From a bacterium (GTDB lineage Bacteria > Hydrothermota > DG-26 > JAUXAN01): a stretch of 64,000 nt of DNA. Location: assembly GCA_030619885.1 (NCBI GenBank), contig JAUXAN010000001.1:75474-139473 (forward strand), written 5' to 3'. This document shows positions 9,364 to 19,816 of the stretch, one piece after another; within the stretch, counting starts at the first letter, position 1, and each line of letters opens with the position of its first letter. The notes below the pieces were generated by a model, which saw nothing but the letters and a program-made list of their open reading frames with translations, did not search any database and was not told the DNA's origin. Made by a program: the position numbers and the translations under genes.

Positions 9364-10950
9364 ATGAGTCGTATTTCTAAATTTTGTGTACTCACCTTCC
9401 TGTTCATTTATAGCCAAGCCATTGAGAGCCAGTCCATCAGTGGAACAAGAATATTGCGATGGCCTGATGGAAAGAAAGCAGCGGTAAGCATTAGCTTTGA
9501 CGACAATTTAGTAAGTCAGTTGGATATCGCCATGCCCGAAATGGAAAAGTACGAATTCAAAGGGACATTCTTCATAGTAGCCCAGTGGCTTGATGATTTT
9601 GCTGTATGGGACGGATTGGCTAAACGTTGGAGGGGGGCTGCACAACGGGGACACGAAATAGGCAGTCATTCTTATTCTCATCGCTACCTTACTTGGCTGG
9701 ATGACAAAGAACTTGCCTTTCAGGTGAAGCAATCCAAGGAAATCATTGAGCGGTGGATCGGAGAGAGTAATTGTCAAATATTTCGACATCCTTGGGGAAA
9801 TCGAAACCAACGAACAAATCAACTTGTACGTGAGACATACCTATGGAATAGCGATGATCTTCCTGCTTACGCCGAAGTCTTTACTTCTGGGCAAAGGGAC
9901 GTGGAAAAACTACGCAAGATAATTAAAAAAACAATTTCTGATCAGGGATGGTTTGTCTCAGTTTTCCATGGCGTTGGTAGGGATTTCATGTCCATCCCGC
10001 TTACAGACTTTGAAAAGTATCTTGCCTGTCTGGACAGTCTACGAGACTTGGTGTGGGTCGCTCCTATGGGACAGGTCATTCGGTATGCGACAGAACGAGA
10101 GGCTGCTAAAATTGTGCAGAAAAATGGAATACAGGTTATCTTACCTGACAGCTTGGATCCTTTTATTTACAATGTACCATTAACGTTGGAAACTCTACTC
10201 CCGACCGATTGGACGATCGTCAAGATTAGGCAAGGCAATCGTTATCGGTTTTTCAACACGTTGGAAGATGATAGAGGTCGTTTTGTCCGCTATGAGAGCT
10301 TACCAAACGGTAATCCGATTACCATAGAGAATATGAAGCCCCTCTCAACAGATAAGCTGAGGCTTATGCAGATTGCCGATTTCCGCTTTGAGAGGAAAAC
10401 GGACTTATCAAATTGGGAGGTTGTTGAAGGAGAATGGGAAGTGAAAGAAGGCATTCTTTCTACAAAGGCGTATGTTTGTAAGATGCTTTACCGGAAACCC
10501 TTGACAGATTTTATGGTGCGTGGCCGTTTCAAGATTCTGAGTGGAGGCAAGGAGCATAGTTCGTTCAGCTTTTCAGGAATTTTTCTAAGATCTGAGAAGT
10601 GTCTTCCTGGAGAGAACAACGGCATCTATTATGAATTAGACAACCATTCATCCATTTCTGACTTTCGGAAGAATCGTGCTCTTCTTTGGCATCAGTGGAC
10701 AGTAAGGGATGGGGAAAAGATCCCATGGTATTGGCCAGATAGACTCAGTGCAACATTTTCAGCCAATATCGAAGTAGACCGATGGCATTTGTTTGAGATT
10801 TGGTTGAAAGATTCACTATTGTTGTATCGTTTGGATAACAAGACAGTATTATTCTACGACGAGATTAAAATACCTGAGGGGGAATTTGGTTTGAGGAACA
10901 GGGGGAGTCAGGTGTACTTTGATGATATCGAGATATTTGAAATTAAATGA
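9364..10950 (+). CDS. Secreted polysaccharide deacetylase (CE4) with C-terminal DUF1080-like domain
   Basis: Signal-like N-terminus, SISFDD, GHEIGSHSYSH, VFHG; C-terminal WEVVEGEW...GEFGL...VYFDDIEI. Confidence 0.8.
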   Translation: MSRISKFCVLTFLFIYSQAIESQSISGTRILRWPDGKKAAVSISFDDNLVSQLDIAMPEMEKYEFKGTFFIVAQWLDDFAVWDGLAKRWRGAAQRGHEIGSHSYSHRYLTWLDDKELAFQVKQSKEIIERWIGESNCQIFRHPWGNRNQRTNQLVRETYLWNSDDLPAYAEVFTSGQRDVEKLRKIIKKTISDQGWFVSVFHGVGRDFMSIPLTDFEKYLACLDSLRDLVWVAPMGQVIRYATEREAAKIVQKNGIQVILPDSLDPFIYNVPLTLETLLPTDWTIVKIRQGNRYRFFNTLEDDRGRFVRYESLPNGNPITIENMKPLSTDKLRLMQIADFRFERKTDLSNWEVVEGEWEVKEGILSTKAYVCKMLYRKPLTDFMVRGRFKILSGGKEHSSFSFSGIFLRSEKCLPGENNGIYYELDNHSSISDFRKNRALLWHQWTVRDGEKIPWYWPDRLSATFSANIEVDRWHLFEIWLKDSLLLYRLDNKTVLFYDEIKIPEGEFGLRNRGSQVYFDDIEIFEIK

Positions 10951-11020
10951 GATGTTGCCCTGCACAATATAAAAGCACAAGAGGAAAGAGATACTATCCC
11001 TCTTAAACTAAAATCATAGG

Positions 11021-11329
11021 ATGCTTAAATCTTTTTATCAAAGAGTAATAGATATTATAAAAAACATACCACAAGGCAAAGTAGCTACCTACGGGCAGAT
11101 TGCGGCTTATGCTGGTAATCGGCGGGCGGCTCGTCAGGTAGCCTATATATTACATTCATCTTCCCGCAAAGAAGACCTTCCCTGGCACCGGGTTGTAAAC
11201 AACAAAGGCAGTATATCATTGAAACCCGGTCACGGATATGAGATTCAAAAGAAACTGCTAAAAAAGGAAGGGATAACCTTTAAAGAAAATAATTGTATCG
11301 ATTTAAAACGCTTCCTCTGGCTTCCTTAA
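11021..11329 (+). CDS. Alkyltransferase-like protein (ATL/YbaZ, MGMT family)
   Basis: IPQGKVATYGQIA and PWHRVV (Trp in place of the catalytic Cys). Confidence 0.92.
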   Translation: MLKSFYQRVIDIIKNIPQGKVATYGQIAAYAGNRRAARQVAYILHSSSRKEDLPWHRVVNNKGSISLKPGHGYEIQKKLLKKEGITFKENNCIDLKRFLWLP

Positions 11330-11417
11330 GTAATGGAATTTATCTACGGGTAGTATTTAATTTATAAATTAACTCAAGCACTGATTGGTGCCAGGTATTG
11401 ACAAAATTGACAAGGAA

Positions 11418-12326
11418 TTAACCTTTTCGTTCTTCTTTATTCAGCAACAATTTAAAGAGCTCGCTTGCTTCACCGAAATGTACACTGAGATGTGGGAATG
11501 GAATCTCGATATCGTTCTCATCCAATGCCTTTTTAAGTCGGAGGCGATATTGCCTGGCTATTGTCCATTGTTTTAGAGGCTGCGTTTTTATACGTGCCCT
11601 TATAACCATTGAAGACTCAGCAAACTTATCAAGACCGAATATCTCCATGGGTTCCAGTATTAACTGACTGAATTCTTTGTCTGCCCGGAGATCCTCATCT
11701 ACTTTTCTCATAATCTCTATCACTTTTTCCGGGTCTTCTTTATAGGCTATGCTTATATCAAGTACACATGCCGACCAATCCTTTGTCTTGTTAGAAAGAG
11801 TATTTATCGATCCATTCGGAAAGATATGAACTGTTCCTTCAAGATTCCTTAAGACCGTCGTTCGTAGATTTATTGCCTCTACCATACCACCGGTCCCGTT
11901 GATAACTGCTACATCGCCTACTCGTATCTGATCCTCAATCAGCATAAAAATCCCGGCTATGGTATCCTTAACGAGGGTTTGAGCGCCAAAACTGACCGCC
12001 AATCCAATTATACCCAATCCAGTGAGAATGGGGGCAATATTGATATCAAGTTCACCAAGAATCATAACGATACCTATTCCCCATAGCAGTATAAAAGCTA
12101 TACGGGTAAAAATAGCATTAATCGTCGTAATCCTCTTCTCTTTTTCTGCCGATATGCCCTCCTTCTTGGATACTTTGCTTATTATCAATCGGGTTAACTT
12201 TTTCGTAAAGACGCGGATAATGAAATGAAAGATAACTATGACAACAAGTGTAATCAACAATTCAGGAGCATTAGCGACGAAGAGTGACTTTAGATTTTTT
12301 ATAAATTGGGCGAAGTTAATAGCCAT
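11418..12326 (-). CDS. Small-conductance mechanosensitive channel (MscS family)
   Basis: GLAVSFGAQTLVKD, GMVEAINLRTT, IEIPFP. Confidence 0.93.
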   Translation of the reverse strand: MAINFAQFIKNLKSLFVANAPELLITLVVIVIFHFIIRVFTKKLTRLIISKVSKKEGISAEKEKRITTINAIFTRIAFILLWGIGIVMILGELDINIAPILTGLGIIGLAVSFGAQTLVKDTIAGIFMLIEDQIRVGDVAVINGTGGMVEAINLRTTVLRNLEGTVHIFPNGSINTLSNKTKDWSACVLDISIAYKEDPEKVIEIMRKVDEDLRADKEFSQLILEPMEIFGLDKFAESSMVIRARIKTQPLKQWTIARQYRLRLKKALDENDIEIPFPHLSVHFGEASELFKLLLNKEERKG

Positions 12327-12500
12327 TTGTACCTCCCTATTTTTGAATTTATAACAACTAAAACCTCATATATAGATGATAAGAATCATATTTAGGAATG
12401 TCAAGAAGAAAAAGAAAACCGTAGAGGCGCAGGGATCCGTATGGAAAGACCCTGCACTACCTTTGTTGGAGTTACAATTACTGAATGCAATAAAGATGCG

Positions 12501-14063
12501 TTAGACCTTCGTTGTAACGACCGTGTCTTTTTTGAATCTGTTGCTCTTTTTGGGATAGTCCGTGTTGTAGTGGAGTCCCCTCGATTCTTTCCTCTTAATA
12601 GCACACATTGTGATGAGTTCTGCAATGGTCGCTAAATTTTGTAGTTCGATTAAAGAATGGGTTATTTCACAACTTTCGTATAACTTTTCAACTTTCCCTT
12701 TTAAGTCTTTGATTTTTCTTTGGGCAACTTTCAATCTCTGATTGGACCTGACTATGCCAACATAATCCCACATAGTCTCTCTTATCTCCTTTACAAGTTG
12801 TCCAATCACTTCCTCGTCACATTTTCTGCCTTCATTTTTAATCTTTGCTATTTTTATTCTTTCTATTTTACCTATTTTTTTGCTCGCATCCCTCGCTGCC
12901 TGCTCTGCAAAGACAAGTGATTCCAACAGAGAGTTGCTTGCAAGTCGGTTTGCTCCGTGAACACCTGTGTATGCACACTCTCCTGCGGCATATAATCCTT
13001 CGATAGTGGTTCTTCCATCCAGATCAGTAGCGACACCGCCACAGACATAATGGGCAGCGGGAACAACGGGTATCGGTCTTTCTGTAATATCCACCCCTAA
13101 ATCTAAACATGTCTCATATATCGTGGGGAACCTCTGCTTTATCCTTTCTTTATCTAAATGGGTTATATCTAAATAAACATAATTACCTTCCATCTTTTTA
13201 AGTTCAGTATCTATTGCCCTCGCCACAATATCCCTCGGTGCAAGACAACCGAGTGGATGATATTTTTCCATAAATGTTTTTCCATCTTTCGTTCTGAGTA
13301 CTCCACCCTCACCCCTTACCGCCTCAGAGATTAAAAATTTTCTGTCATCTATCTCTTTTCCATAAAAAGATGTGGGATGAAACTGGATGAACTCCATATT
13401 TCTTATCTCACCACCTGCCCTGTATGCCATCGCTATACCATCCCCGGTAACAATGGAAGGGTTGGTAGTATGCAAATAGACCCTTCCACAACCACCCGTT
13501 GCAAGTAAGGTCAATTTTGATGCAATGGGCTCGATTCTATTACCTAACAATACATAAACCCCACAGCATCTATTGTTTTCAACTACGAGGTCACAAGCGG
13601 TGCAGTCTTCGTAAACCTGTACATTCTTTTTAGACCTCACCCTCGACAATAGGGTTGTTTCTATCTCCCTCCCTGTGAAATCCCTCGCATGGACAATCCT
13701 TCTTTTTGAATGTCCGCCTTCTATAGCAAGATCGAATCTCTCCTTATTATTCTCTGTCTTTACCCTACTAAAGTCGACACCCAATTCCATAAGTTCACTC
13801 ACGAGTCTCGGACCCTCTTCAACCATTGTCTGCAGAGGTTTTTCATTGCACAACCCATCGCCTGCAACCAATGTGTCTGAGATGTGAAATTTAAAAGAAT
13901 CTCTCTTATCAAAAACTGCTGCGATCCCACCCTGTGCATAGTTTGTAGAAGAGTCGACATCCGATTTTTTGGTGATGACTATAACCTTACCAAATTTACA
14001 GACCTTGAGTGTGAATGTGAGCCCAGCAATTCCAGTGCCAATAACCAAAAAATCTGTGGTCAT
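12501..14063 (-). CDS. nadB: L-aspartate oxidase
   Basis: GTGIAGL, YAQGGIA, EGGHSKRRI, QFHPT, LISEAVRGEG, HGANRLASNSLLE. Confidence 0.96.
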   Translation of the reverse strand: MTTDFLVIGTGIAGLTFTLKVCKFGKVIVITKKSDVDSSTNYAQGGIAAVFDKRDSFKFHISDTLVAGDGLCNEKPLQTMVEEGPRLVSELMELGVDFSRVKTENNKERFDLAIEGGHSKRRIVHARDFTGREIETTLLSRVRSKKNVQVYEDCTACDLVVENNRCCGVYVLLGNRIEPIASKLTLLATGGCGRVYLHTTNPSIVTGDGIAMAYRAGGEIRNMEFIQFHPTSFYGKEIDDRKFLISEAVRGEGGVLRTKDGKTFMEKYHPLGCLAPRDIVARAIDTELKKMEGNYVYLDITHLDKERIKQRFPTIYETCLDLGVDITERPIPVVPAAHYVCGGVATDLDGRTTIEGLYAAGECAYTGVHGANRLASNSLLESLVFAEQAARDASKKIGKIERIKIAKIKNEGRKCDEEVIGQLVKEIRETMWDYVGIVRSNQRLKVAQRKIKDLKGKVEKLYESCEITHSLIELQNLATIAELITMCAIKRKESRGLHYNTDYPKKSNRFKKDTVVTTKV

Positions 14064-14716
14064 AGGAGTTTCTTTAAAGCAACCTTTGCTGCCTTCTGTT
14101 CGGCATCCTTCTTACTTCTGCCAGTTCCCAGCCCATATCTCTTTCCTCTTATTAAGACTTGTACTTCAAATAGTTTATTGTGTTGGGGACCCTTTTCGGA
14201 AAGCAATCTATAGTGGGGATACTCTTTAAATTTTCTGACAACTTTTTCCTGAAGTTCACTCTTATAGTCCTCACCCAGTTCCAGATCGTCCAGTCGATCG
14301 AGCAGGGTGCGGTGGATGAACTTTTGTGCACCTTCCAAACCAGAATCTAAGTAGATGGCTCCGATGAGCGCTTCGTAAGCATCGGAAAGAATGGTCTTTC
14401 CTTCCATTTTCTTCTCTGCCTTTCCCAATATAAGACATTCATCTATTTTTAATAGTTTTGCTACTTCGAATAGGATACCTGTATTGACAAGTTTTGACCT
14501 TAATTTAGTCAGTTCTCCCTCGGTTTTAAATGGGTATCTGGTGTAGAGGTAGTCGGTTACGATCAGACTAAGAACCGCATCACCGAGAAATTCTAACCTT
14601 TCATTAGATTCTTCACTTTGGGCTGAGGAATGGAGGAGGGCAATATTTAGAAGTTCTGGATCGGAAAAGTGTACTCCGATCCGTTTTTCAGCATTTTTTA
14701 ACTGCGATGACCGCAT
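14060..14716 (-). CDS. rnc: Ribonuclease III
   Basis: [25 protein letters not shown], dsRBD; start probably at 14716, overlapping the fabF end. Confidence 0.95.
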   Translation of the reverse strand: MRSSQLKNAEKRIGVHFSDPELLNIALLHSSAQSEESNERLEFLGDAVLSLIVTDYLYTRYPFKTEGELTKLRSKLVNTGILFEVAKLLKIDECLILGKAEKKMEGKTILSDAYEALIGAIYLDSGLEGAQKFIHRTLLDRLDDLELGEDYKSELQEKVVRKFKEYPHYRLLSEKGPQHNKLFEVQVLIRGKRYGLGTGRSKKDAEQKAAKVALKKLL

Positions 14717-15926
14717 TATGTCCACCGAAACCGAATGAGTTTGATATAGTGCATTTGATTTCCTCGTCTCTTGATTCGTTTGGCACATAATCCAAGTCGC
14801 ATTCTGGGTCAGGAGTGGTATAGTTTATAGTGGGATGGATAGTTGAATTCTTCATGCAGAGCACCGTTGCGATGAACTCCACTCCACCTGCCGCCCCCAG
14901 AAGATGTCCTATCATAGATTTTGTTGATGAGACAGGTATTTTTTTTGCATAATCTTTAAATACGGTCTTTATGGCGATGGTCTCATATTTGTCATTGAGC
15001 GGTGTGGATGTTCCGTGGGCGTTTATATAGTCAACGTCATCTAAATTTAATCCCGCATCTTCAAGGCATAACCCCATTGCCGTTGCTGCACCTTCACCAT
15101 CTGGAGCAGGAGCCGCAATATGATAGGCATCACCCGTTGCAGCATACCCCACAAGTTCAGCATATATATTGGCACCCCTTTTTGCAGCGTGTTCAAACTC
15201 CTCCAGTACGACAATTCCAGCCCCTTCTGATACAATGAAGCCGTCTCTATTTTTATCGAAAGGTCTTGAAGCAGTTCCAGGTTCATCATTTCTTACTGAG
15301 AGTGCCTTCATAGATGCAAAACCCGCAAGGGCCATTGGTGTTATTGGAGCTTCACTCCCCCCTGTTATTATTATATCATTATATCCATTCTGAATAAATC
15401 TAAATGCCTCGCCTATGGCATGGGCACCGGATGCACATGCAGAGACCGGGCAGAAATTTACCCCCTTTGCACCGAGTTTTATAGAGATATATCCGGATGC
15501 CATGTCGGCAATCATCATAGGGATAAAGAAAGGACTTACTCTGCCTGGTCCATCATTTAAAAGTTTTTTATGCTGCTCTTCTAAAGTCCATAGTCCACCT
15601 ATTCCAGACCCTATTATTATACCGATTTTATTTCTATCCTCATTTTCCAGTTCGAGATGTGAATCCTCCACAGCTTCAAGGGTTGCTATCAGGGCATACT
15701 GGACGAACCTATCCATTCTTCTCATTTCTTTCCTATCGATGTGTAGAGATGGATCGAAATTTTTCAACTCCCCTGCAATCCTGCTTGGGAAATTAGATAC
15801 ATCGAACCTTGTTATCTCTGTTATTCCACTTTTACCTGAAGCAAGACCATCCCAGAACTCATCCTTATTCAAAGATATAGGGTTCAGAGTGCCCAAACCA
15901 GTTACCGCAACCCTTCTCTTCTCCAT
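14688..15926 (-). CDS. fabF: 3-oxoacyl-ACP synthase II
   Basis: [34 protein letters not shown]. Confidence 0.97.
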   Translation of the reverse strand: MEKRRVAVTGLGTLNPISLNKDEFWDGLASGKSGITEITRFDVSNFPSRIAGELKNFDPSLHIDRKEMRRMDRFVQYALIATLEAVEDSHLELENEDRNKIGIIIGSGIGGLWTLEEQHKKLLNDGPGRVSPFFIPMMIADMASGYISIKLGAKGVNFCPVSACASGAHAIGEAFRFIQNGYNDIIITGGSEAPITPMALAGFASMKALSVRNDEPGTASRPFDKNRDGFIVSEGAGIVVLEEFEHAAKRGANIYAELVGYAATGDAYHIAAPAPDGEGAATAMGLCLEDAGLNLDDVDYINAHGTSTPLNDKYETIAIKTVFKDYAKKIPVSSTKSMIGHLLGAAGGVEFIATVLCMKNSTIHPTINYTTPDPECDLDYVPNESRDEEIKCTISNSFGFGGHNAVIAVKKC

Positions 15927-15927
15927 A

Positions 15928-16173
15928 CTATCCCTCTTTTTCTGATATTTTCTGTTCTATATATTCTACAGACTTTCCAATCGTATCCAGTTTCTCCGCA
16001 TCTTCATCAGGAACTTCGATCTCGAACTTCTCTTCCAGTGCCATTACTAATTCGACCGTGTCGAGAGAGTCCGCGCCTAGGTCATCTATGAACTTTGCGT
16101 CAAGAGTCACCTCTTCGGGTTTCACCCCCAACTTCTCGATAGTTATCTTTCTCACATCATCTTCTACTGACAT
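15928..16173 (-). CDS. acpP: Acyl carrier protein
   Basis: [14 protein letters not shown]. Confidence 0.97.
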   Translation of the reverse strand: MSVEDDVRKITIEKLGVKPEEVTLDAKFIDDLGADSLDTVELVMALEEKFEIEVPDEDAEKLDTIGKSVEYIEQKISEKEG

Positions 16174-16454
16174 TTTTTACCTCCTTTTTAGTTAAAAAGC
16201 ACTTAGGGTATTTAAATAAAATTTTCTATTTTGTCAAGGGAAAAAGAACCACGAATTATACGAATTTTGTAATATGGATTCGACATGTAAATATACAGTA
16301 AGGGCAGAAAAATCTGCGTCCTCATCTTTAAAATGACCTTACATATTACAAAATTATAAAAATTTTTCTCTGTGGATCTCTTTTTATTGTCTCAGTGGGT
16401 TTTCTCAATGTGCTTGACAAAATAGAATAAATTTGTATTTTTCAAGGAGGTTAT

Positions 16455-18515
16455 ATGGAACAAGTATCCTTGGTAAAGATGGCAAATTCGAAACTTAAAA
16501 AAGTTTCAAAAATAATAAAACTTTACCCCAAGAAGTATGGGGACTTTTTCCATAAGGTTTTTCCATCGAATAGGTTTGTGCTCATCATTCTTCGCTGCGC
16601 AGCGTTTGTTGTCCTAATTCTCTTACTCTGGAACCCTGTTCTATCATTTCTCACTAAAGTGCAAATAAAGCCATCCGTTTATGTTCTAATAGATGATTCC
16701 GAAAGCATAGAGGTAGTCGATGGTGTTCATCAAACAAAGGAACTACTTTCAAAACTGATTTCAAATTTGAAGGGAGACTATGACTTGAAATTATATAGAT
16801 TCTCAAATAGAATAGAAGAGGCAGAGGAAGAAGATTTAAATTTTCAGGGCATTGAGACAGCGATTGGCAATGTGCTTGAAGCCGTAGAAAAAAAACTGAG
16901 ACCCACAAGTCTCATTCTGATAACAGATGGATGTAATAATGTTGGTAAAGACCCCCTCAGTGTAGCAAAATATCTCAACTTTCCAATATATACTATTGGA
17001 GTGGGAAATACGGAAGAGAAAAAGGATATCGCAATTACAAGGGTAACAACGAATGAGATCGCATATACCGATGATATAGTTCCTGTTGAGGTCTGGATAA
17101 GGAGCAAAGCTATCTCAGCACAAAAGAGCAAAGCAGTAATAAAAGAGGGAGAAAAGATTATAGATGAAGCAGAGGTCTCGATAGAACCTTCGATGGAGAA
17201 GGTAATTGAATTAAATATAAAACCCCATACTCCAGGTACACATATCTATAAGGCTCTAATAGAATCCCACACAGAGGAGTCGAATCTAAAAAACAATGAG
17301 AGAGCCTTCTCAATTCAAGTCTTAAAAAGTAAAATCAACATACTCTATATTGGAACACCAAACTGGGATTATAAATTTCTTAAAAAAGTGCTTGATGCAG
17401 ATTTGAATATCGAACTCGACTCATATCTCATTTTCAGTACAGAAAAACTACCAACTTTTAAAAAACCTCTGAGAGATTACGACTGTTTTGTAGTGGGTAA
17501 TCTTTCTTCAAAGACCATACCAGATTTTTCTGATGATATATTCGACCTAATCAGCAATTCTAATAGAGGTATTCTATTTATGGGAACAAATTACAAGGGT
17601 TCACCCTATGAGCGTATGCTGCCATTGATTATGGGAGAGGGTGCGATTGAATCTTCCTTTCAAGTCGAGTTCACACCCGAGGGGAGGGAGAATCCCATCA
17701 TTTCTGAGAGTGAAGACTTTTCGGACCTACCTCCTCTTTCGGGATATTGGAAGGTGCTTGGATTTAAATTAGGTGCAAATGTATTGGCAGTCCATCCTAC
17801 AGCCAAGACCGCTCAGGGGAAGTTACCAATAATCGCTACCCAGAAATATGGAAGTGGCAAAGTCGCCCAGATAACCGCTTTTTCTCTATGGAGATGGAGT
17901 TTTTTAATGGAAGGAGCAGAGAAAGAATCTACATTTTATGATACATTCTTTTCAAATCTGTTCAGATGGCTTGCTATTAGAGAGGAGATGGATAGAATCG
18001 TAGTAAATTTAGATAAAAATGTCTATAACCCTTTTGAAAAGATAGAATTATTGGTACAATTGTATGACACAAAATACAGACCGCTCGATGGTGGCTTTGT
18101 GAAAGCACATATCAAAGAGATTGAAAAAGAGGTAATATTGAAGGGAACAGGTGAAGGGAAATACACCGCTACTTTGACCAATCTCTCCCCTTCAAAATAC
18201 CACTTTTCTGTAACCGCTGAGATAGATGGAAAACGGTATGGACAAAAAACAGGTAGTTTTGATGTGGTCGAATTCTCTTTGGAGGGAGAGAAGACCTGTA
18301 TGGAGAAGGGTGTATTATTAAAAATTGCAGAGCTAACAGGTGGAAGATACTATCACATTGGAAACATAGACGAACTCACAGACTTTCCTGCAAGTTCAAA
18401 AGAGGTCACAAAAAGAAAAGAGATAGAATTTTTACACAACCCTTTTCTATTTATCTTGCTTTTAATTCTTCTATCAAGTGAATGGTTGGTAAGGAGACGC
18501 GGTGGTTTACCATAG
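16455..18515 (+). CDS. Membrane-anchored VWA / Ig-like / GATase1-like domain protein
   Basis: VLIDDSES and LITDG VWA motifs, GKVAQI..SLWRW, C-terminal TM ending EWLVRRRGGLP. Confidence 0.75.
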   Translation: MEQVSLVKMANSKLKKVSKIIKLYPKKYGDFFHKVFPSNRFVLIILRCAAFVVLILLLWNPVLSFLTKVQIKPSVYVLIDDSESIEVVDGVHQTKELLSKLISNLKGDYDLKLYRFSNRIEEAEEEDLNFQGIETAIGNVLEAVEKKLRPTSLILITDGCNNVGKDPLSVAKYLNFPIYTIGVGNTEEKKDIAITRVTTNEIAYTDDIVPVEVWIRSKAISAQKSKAVIKEGEKIIDEAEVSIEPSMEKVIELNIKPHTPGTHIYKALIESHTEESNLKNNERAFSIQVLKSKINILYIGTPNWDYKFLKKVLDADLNIELDSYLIFSTEKLPTFKKPLRDYDCFVVGNLSSKTIPDFSDDIFDLISNSNRGILFMGTNYKGSPYERMLPLIMGEGAIESSFQVEFTPEGRENPIISESEDFSDLPPLSGYWKVLGFKLGANVLAVHPTAKTAQGKLPIIATQKYGSGKVAQITAFSLWRWSFLMEGAEKESTFYDTFFSNLFRWLAIREEMDRIVVNLDKNVYNPFEKIELLVQLYDTKYRPLDGGFVKAHIKEIEKEVILKGTGEGKYTATLTNLSPSKYHFSVTAEIDGKRYGQKTGSFDVVEFSLEGEKTCMEKGVLLKIAELTGGRYYHIGNIDELTDFPASSKEVTKRKEIEFLHNPFLFILLLILLSSEWLVRRRGGLP

Positions 18516-18667
18516 GACACAGATGTGAATTTCTTTTTGTCATCTCTGTACTCCTTGTGGTTTATCAGGAAATCTGTAAAAAAAGACTTGACTCTCAAGT
18601 TATATTATTTATATATTATTAAACGATGTTAAGCGATGCCAGACTTAAACTAATCCTGGGAAGTTAA

Positions 18668-19816
18668 ATGGGCGAAAATATTAAACCGAGAGAAAAGTTA
18701 TTAACCAGTGATAGTCCTAAAATGGTTGGGACAAAGGATTTGTTGGCTATTATTTTGGGGCATGGAACCAAGAAAAAAAATGTATTTGACTTAAGTAAGG
18801 AAGTAATTAGATTTCTAAGAGAAAACATGGGAAAAGAAATTAAAGTAAGTGATTTAACTCAATTTGATGGGATAGGAGAAGCAAAGGCATTACAAATTGT
18901 ATCTGCATTAGAAATTGGCAAGCGTTTTTATAAGGATAAAACGAAAATGCAGATTAAAAAGGTGGGAAATGGGGAATTGATTATAGGCGATTGTCTCGAT
19001 GTAATGCAAACTATGCCTGATAATGAAATAATATTGGCCTTTACTTCCCCACCTTATCTTAATGCTATAAATTATGAAGACCAAATCAAAAAATTGAGCG
19101 GTGAAATAAAGTATTGGGAACGCAAAGAGGTCTCTTATGACTATTATAAAAATTTCCTTATAGACCGTTTCAAAGAACTCTATCGTATTATTAAACCCGG
19201 TGGACACAATGTAGTAAATATTTCACCAATCGCTTGGAATGGAAAACGAGTTGCTTTGCCCTTTCATTTTGTAAATTGGATGGAGAGTATCGGTTGGGTA
19301 TTTAAAGAAGACATTATTTGGGAAAAGGAAATTGCCCGTGATCGCCGAAGCGGTGTTTTAATACAGCATCCATATCCCGGGTATTATTATCCCAGTTTAG
19401 TTGTGGAGTATGTTTTCGTTTTTCAAAAACCTGCAGAAAACAAAGAGCAAAATAATATCTATCATTTCCGAACAAGAAAAGAAAAAGAAGAAAATAAAAT
19501 GGACTTATCCGATTATCAGGGAGAAAAGAGCAAAAATATATGGAGAATCAGACCAGTTGCTCCCCAAGAAAATATACATCCCTGTCCATTTCCTTTAGAG
19601 TTAGCTAAGAGAGTTATACAATACTATTCATACAAGAGTGACACTGTGATTGATATTTTTACAGGAAGTGGCCAAACTAATTTAGCGGCTGAGATTTTAG
19701 GTAGAAAACATCTAGGAATTGATACTCAAGAAAAATATATTGAGTATGCAATAAAAAGAATTATTGATCAAACGAGTCAATTGCGGTTAGGGGATAGATT
19801 TGGAAATCATAGCTAA
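18668..19816 (+). CDS. RadC N-terminal (UPF0758/HhH) region fused to a beta-class N4/N6 DNA methyltransferase
   Basis: aa 1-88 PREKL...LLAIILGHG...GIGEAKALQIVSALEIGKR; then GDCL, FTSPPY (motif IV) before HPCPFP and DIFTGSG (motif I). Confidence 0.88.
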   Translation: MGENIKPREKLLTSDSPKMVGTKDLLAIILGHGTKKKNVFDLSKEVIRFLRENMGKEIKVSDLTQFDGIGEAKALQIVSALEIGKRFYKDKTKMQIKKVGNGELIIGDCLDVMQTMPDNEIILAFTSPPYLNAINYEDQIKKLSGEIKYWERKEVSYDYYKNFLIDRFKELYRIIKPGGHNVVNISPIAWNGKRVALPFHFVNWMESIGWVFKEDIIWEKEIARDRRSGVLIQHPYPGYYYPSLVVEYVFVFQKPAENKEQNNIYHFRTRKEKEENKMDLSDYQGEKSKNIWRIRPVAPQENIHPCPFPLELAKRVIQYYSYKSDTVIDIFTGSGQTNLAAEILGRKHLGIDTQEKYIEYAIKRIIDQTSQLRLGDRFGNHS

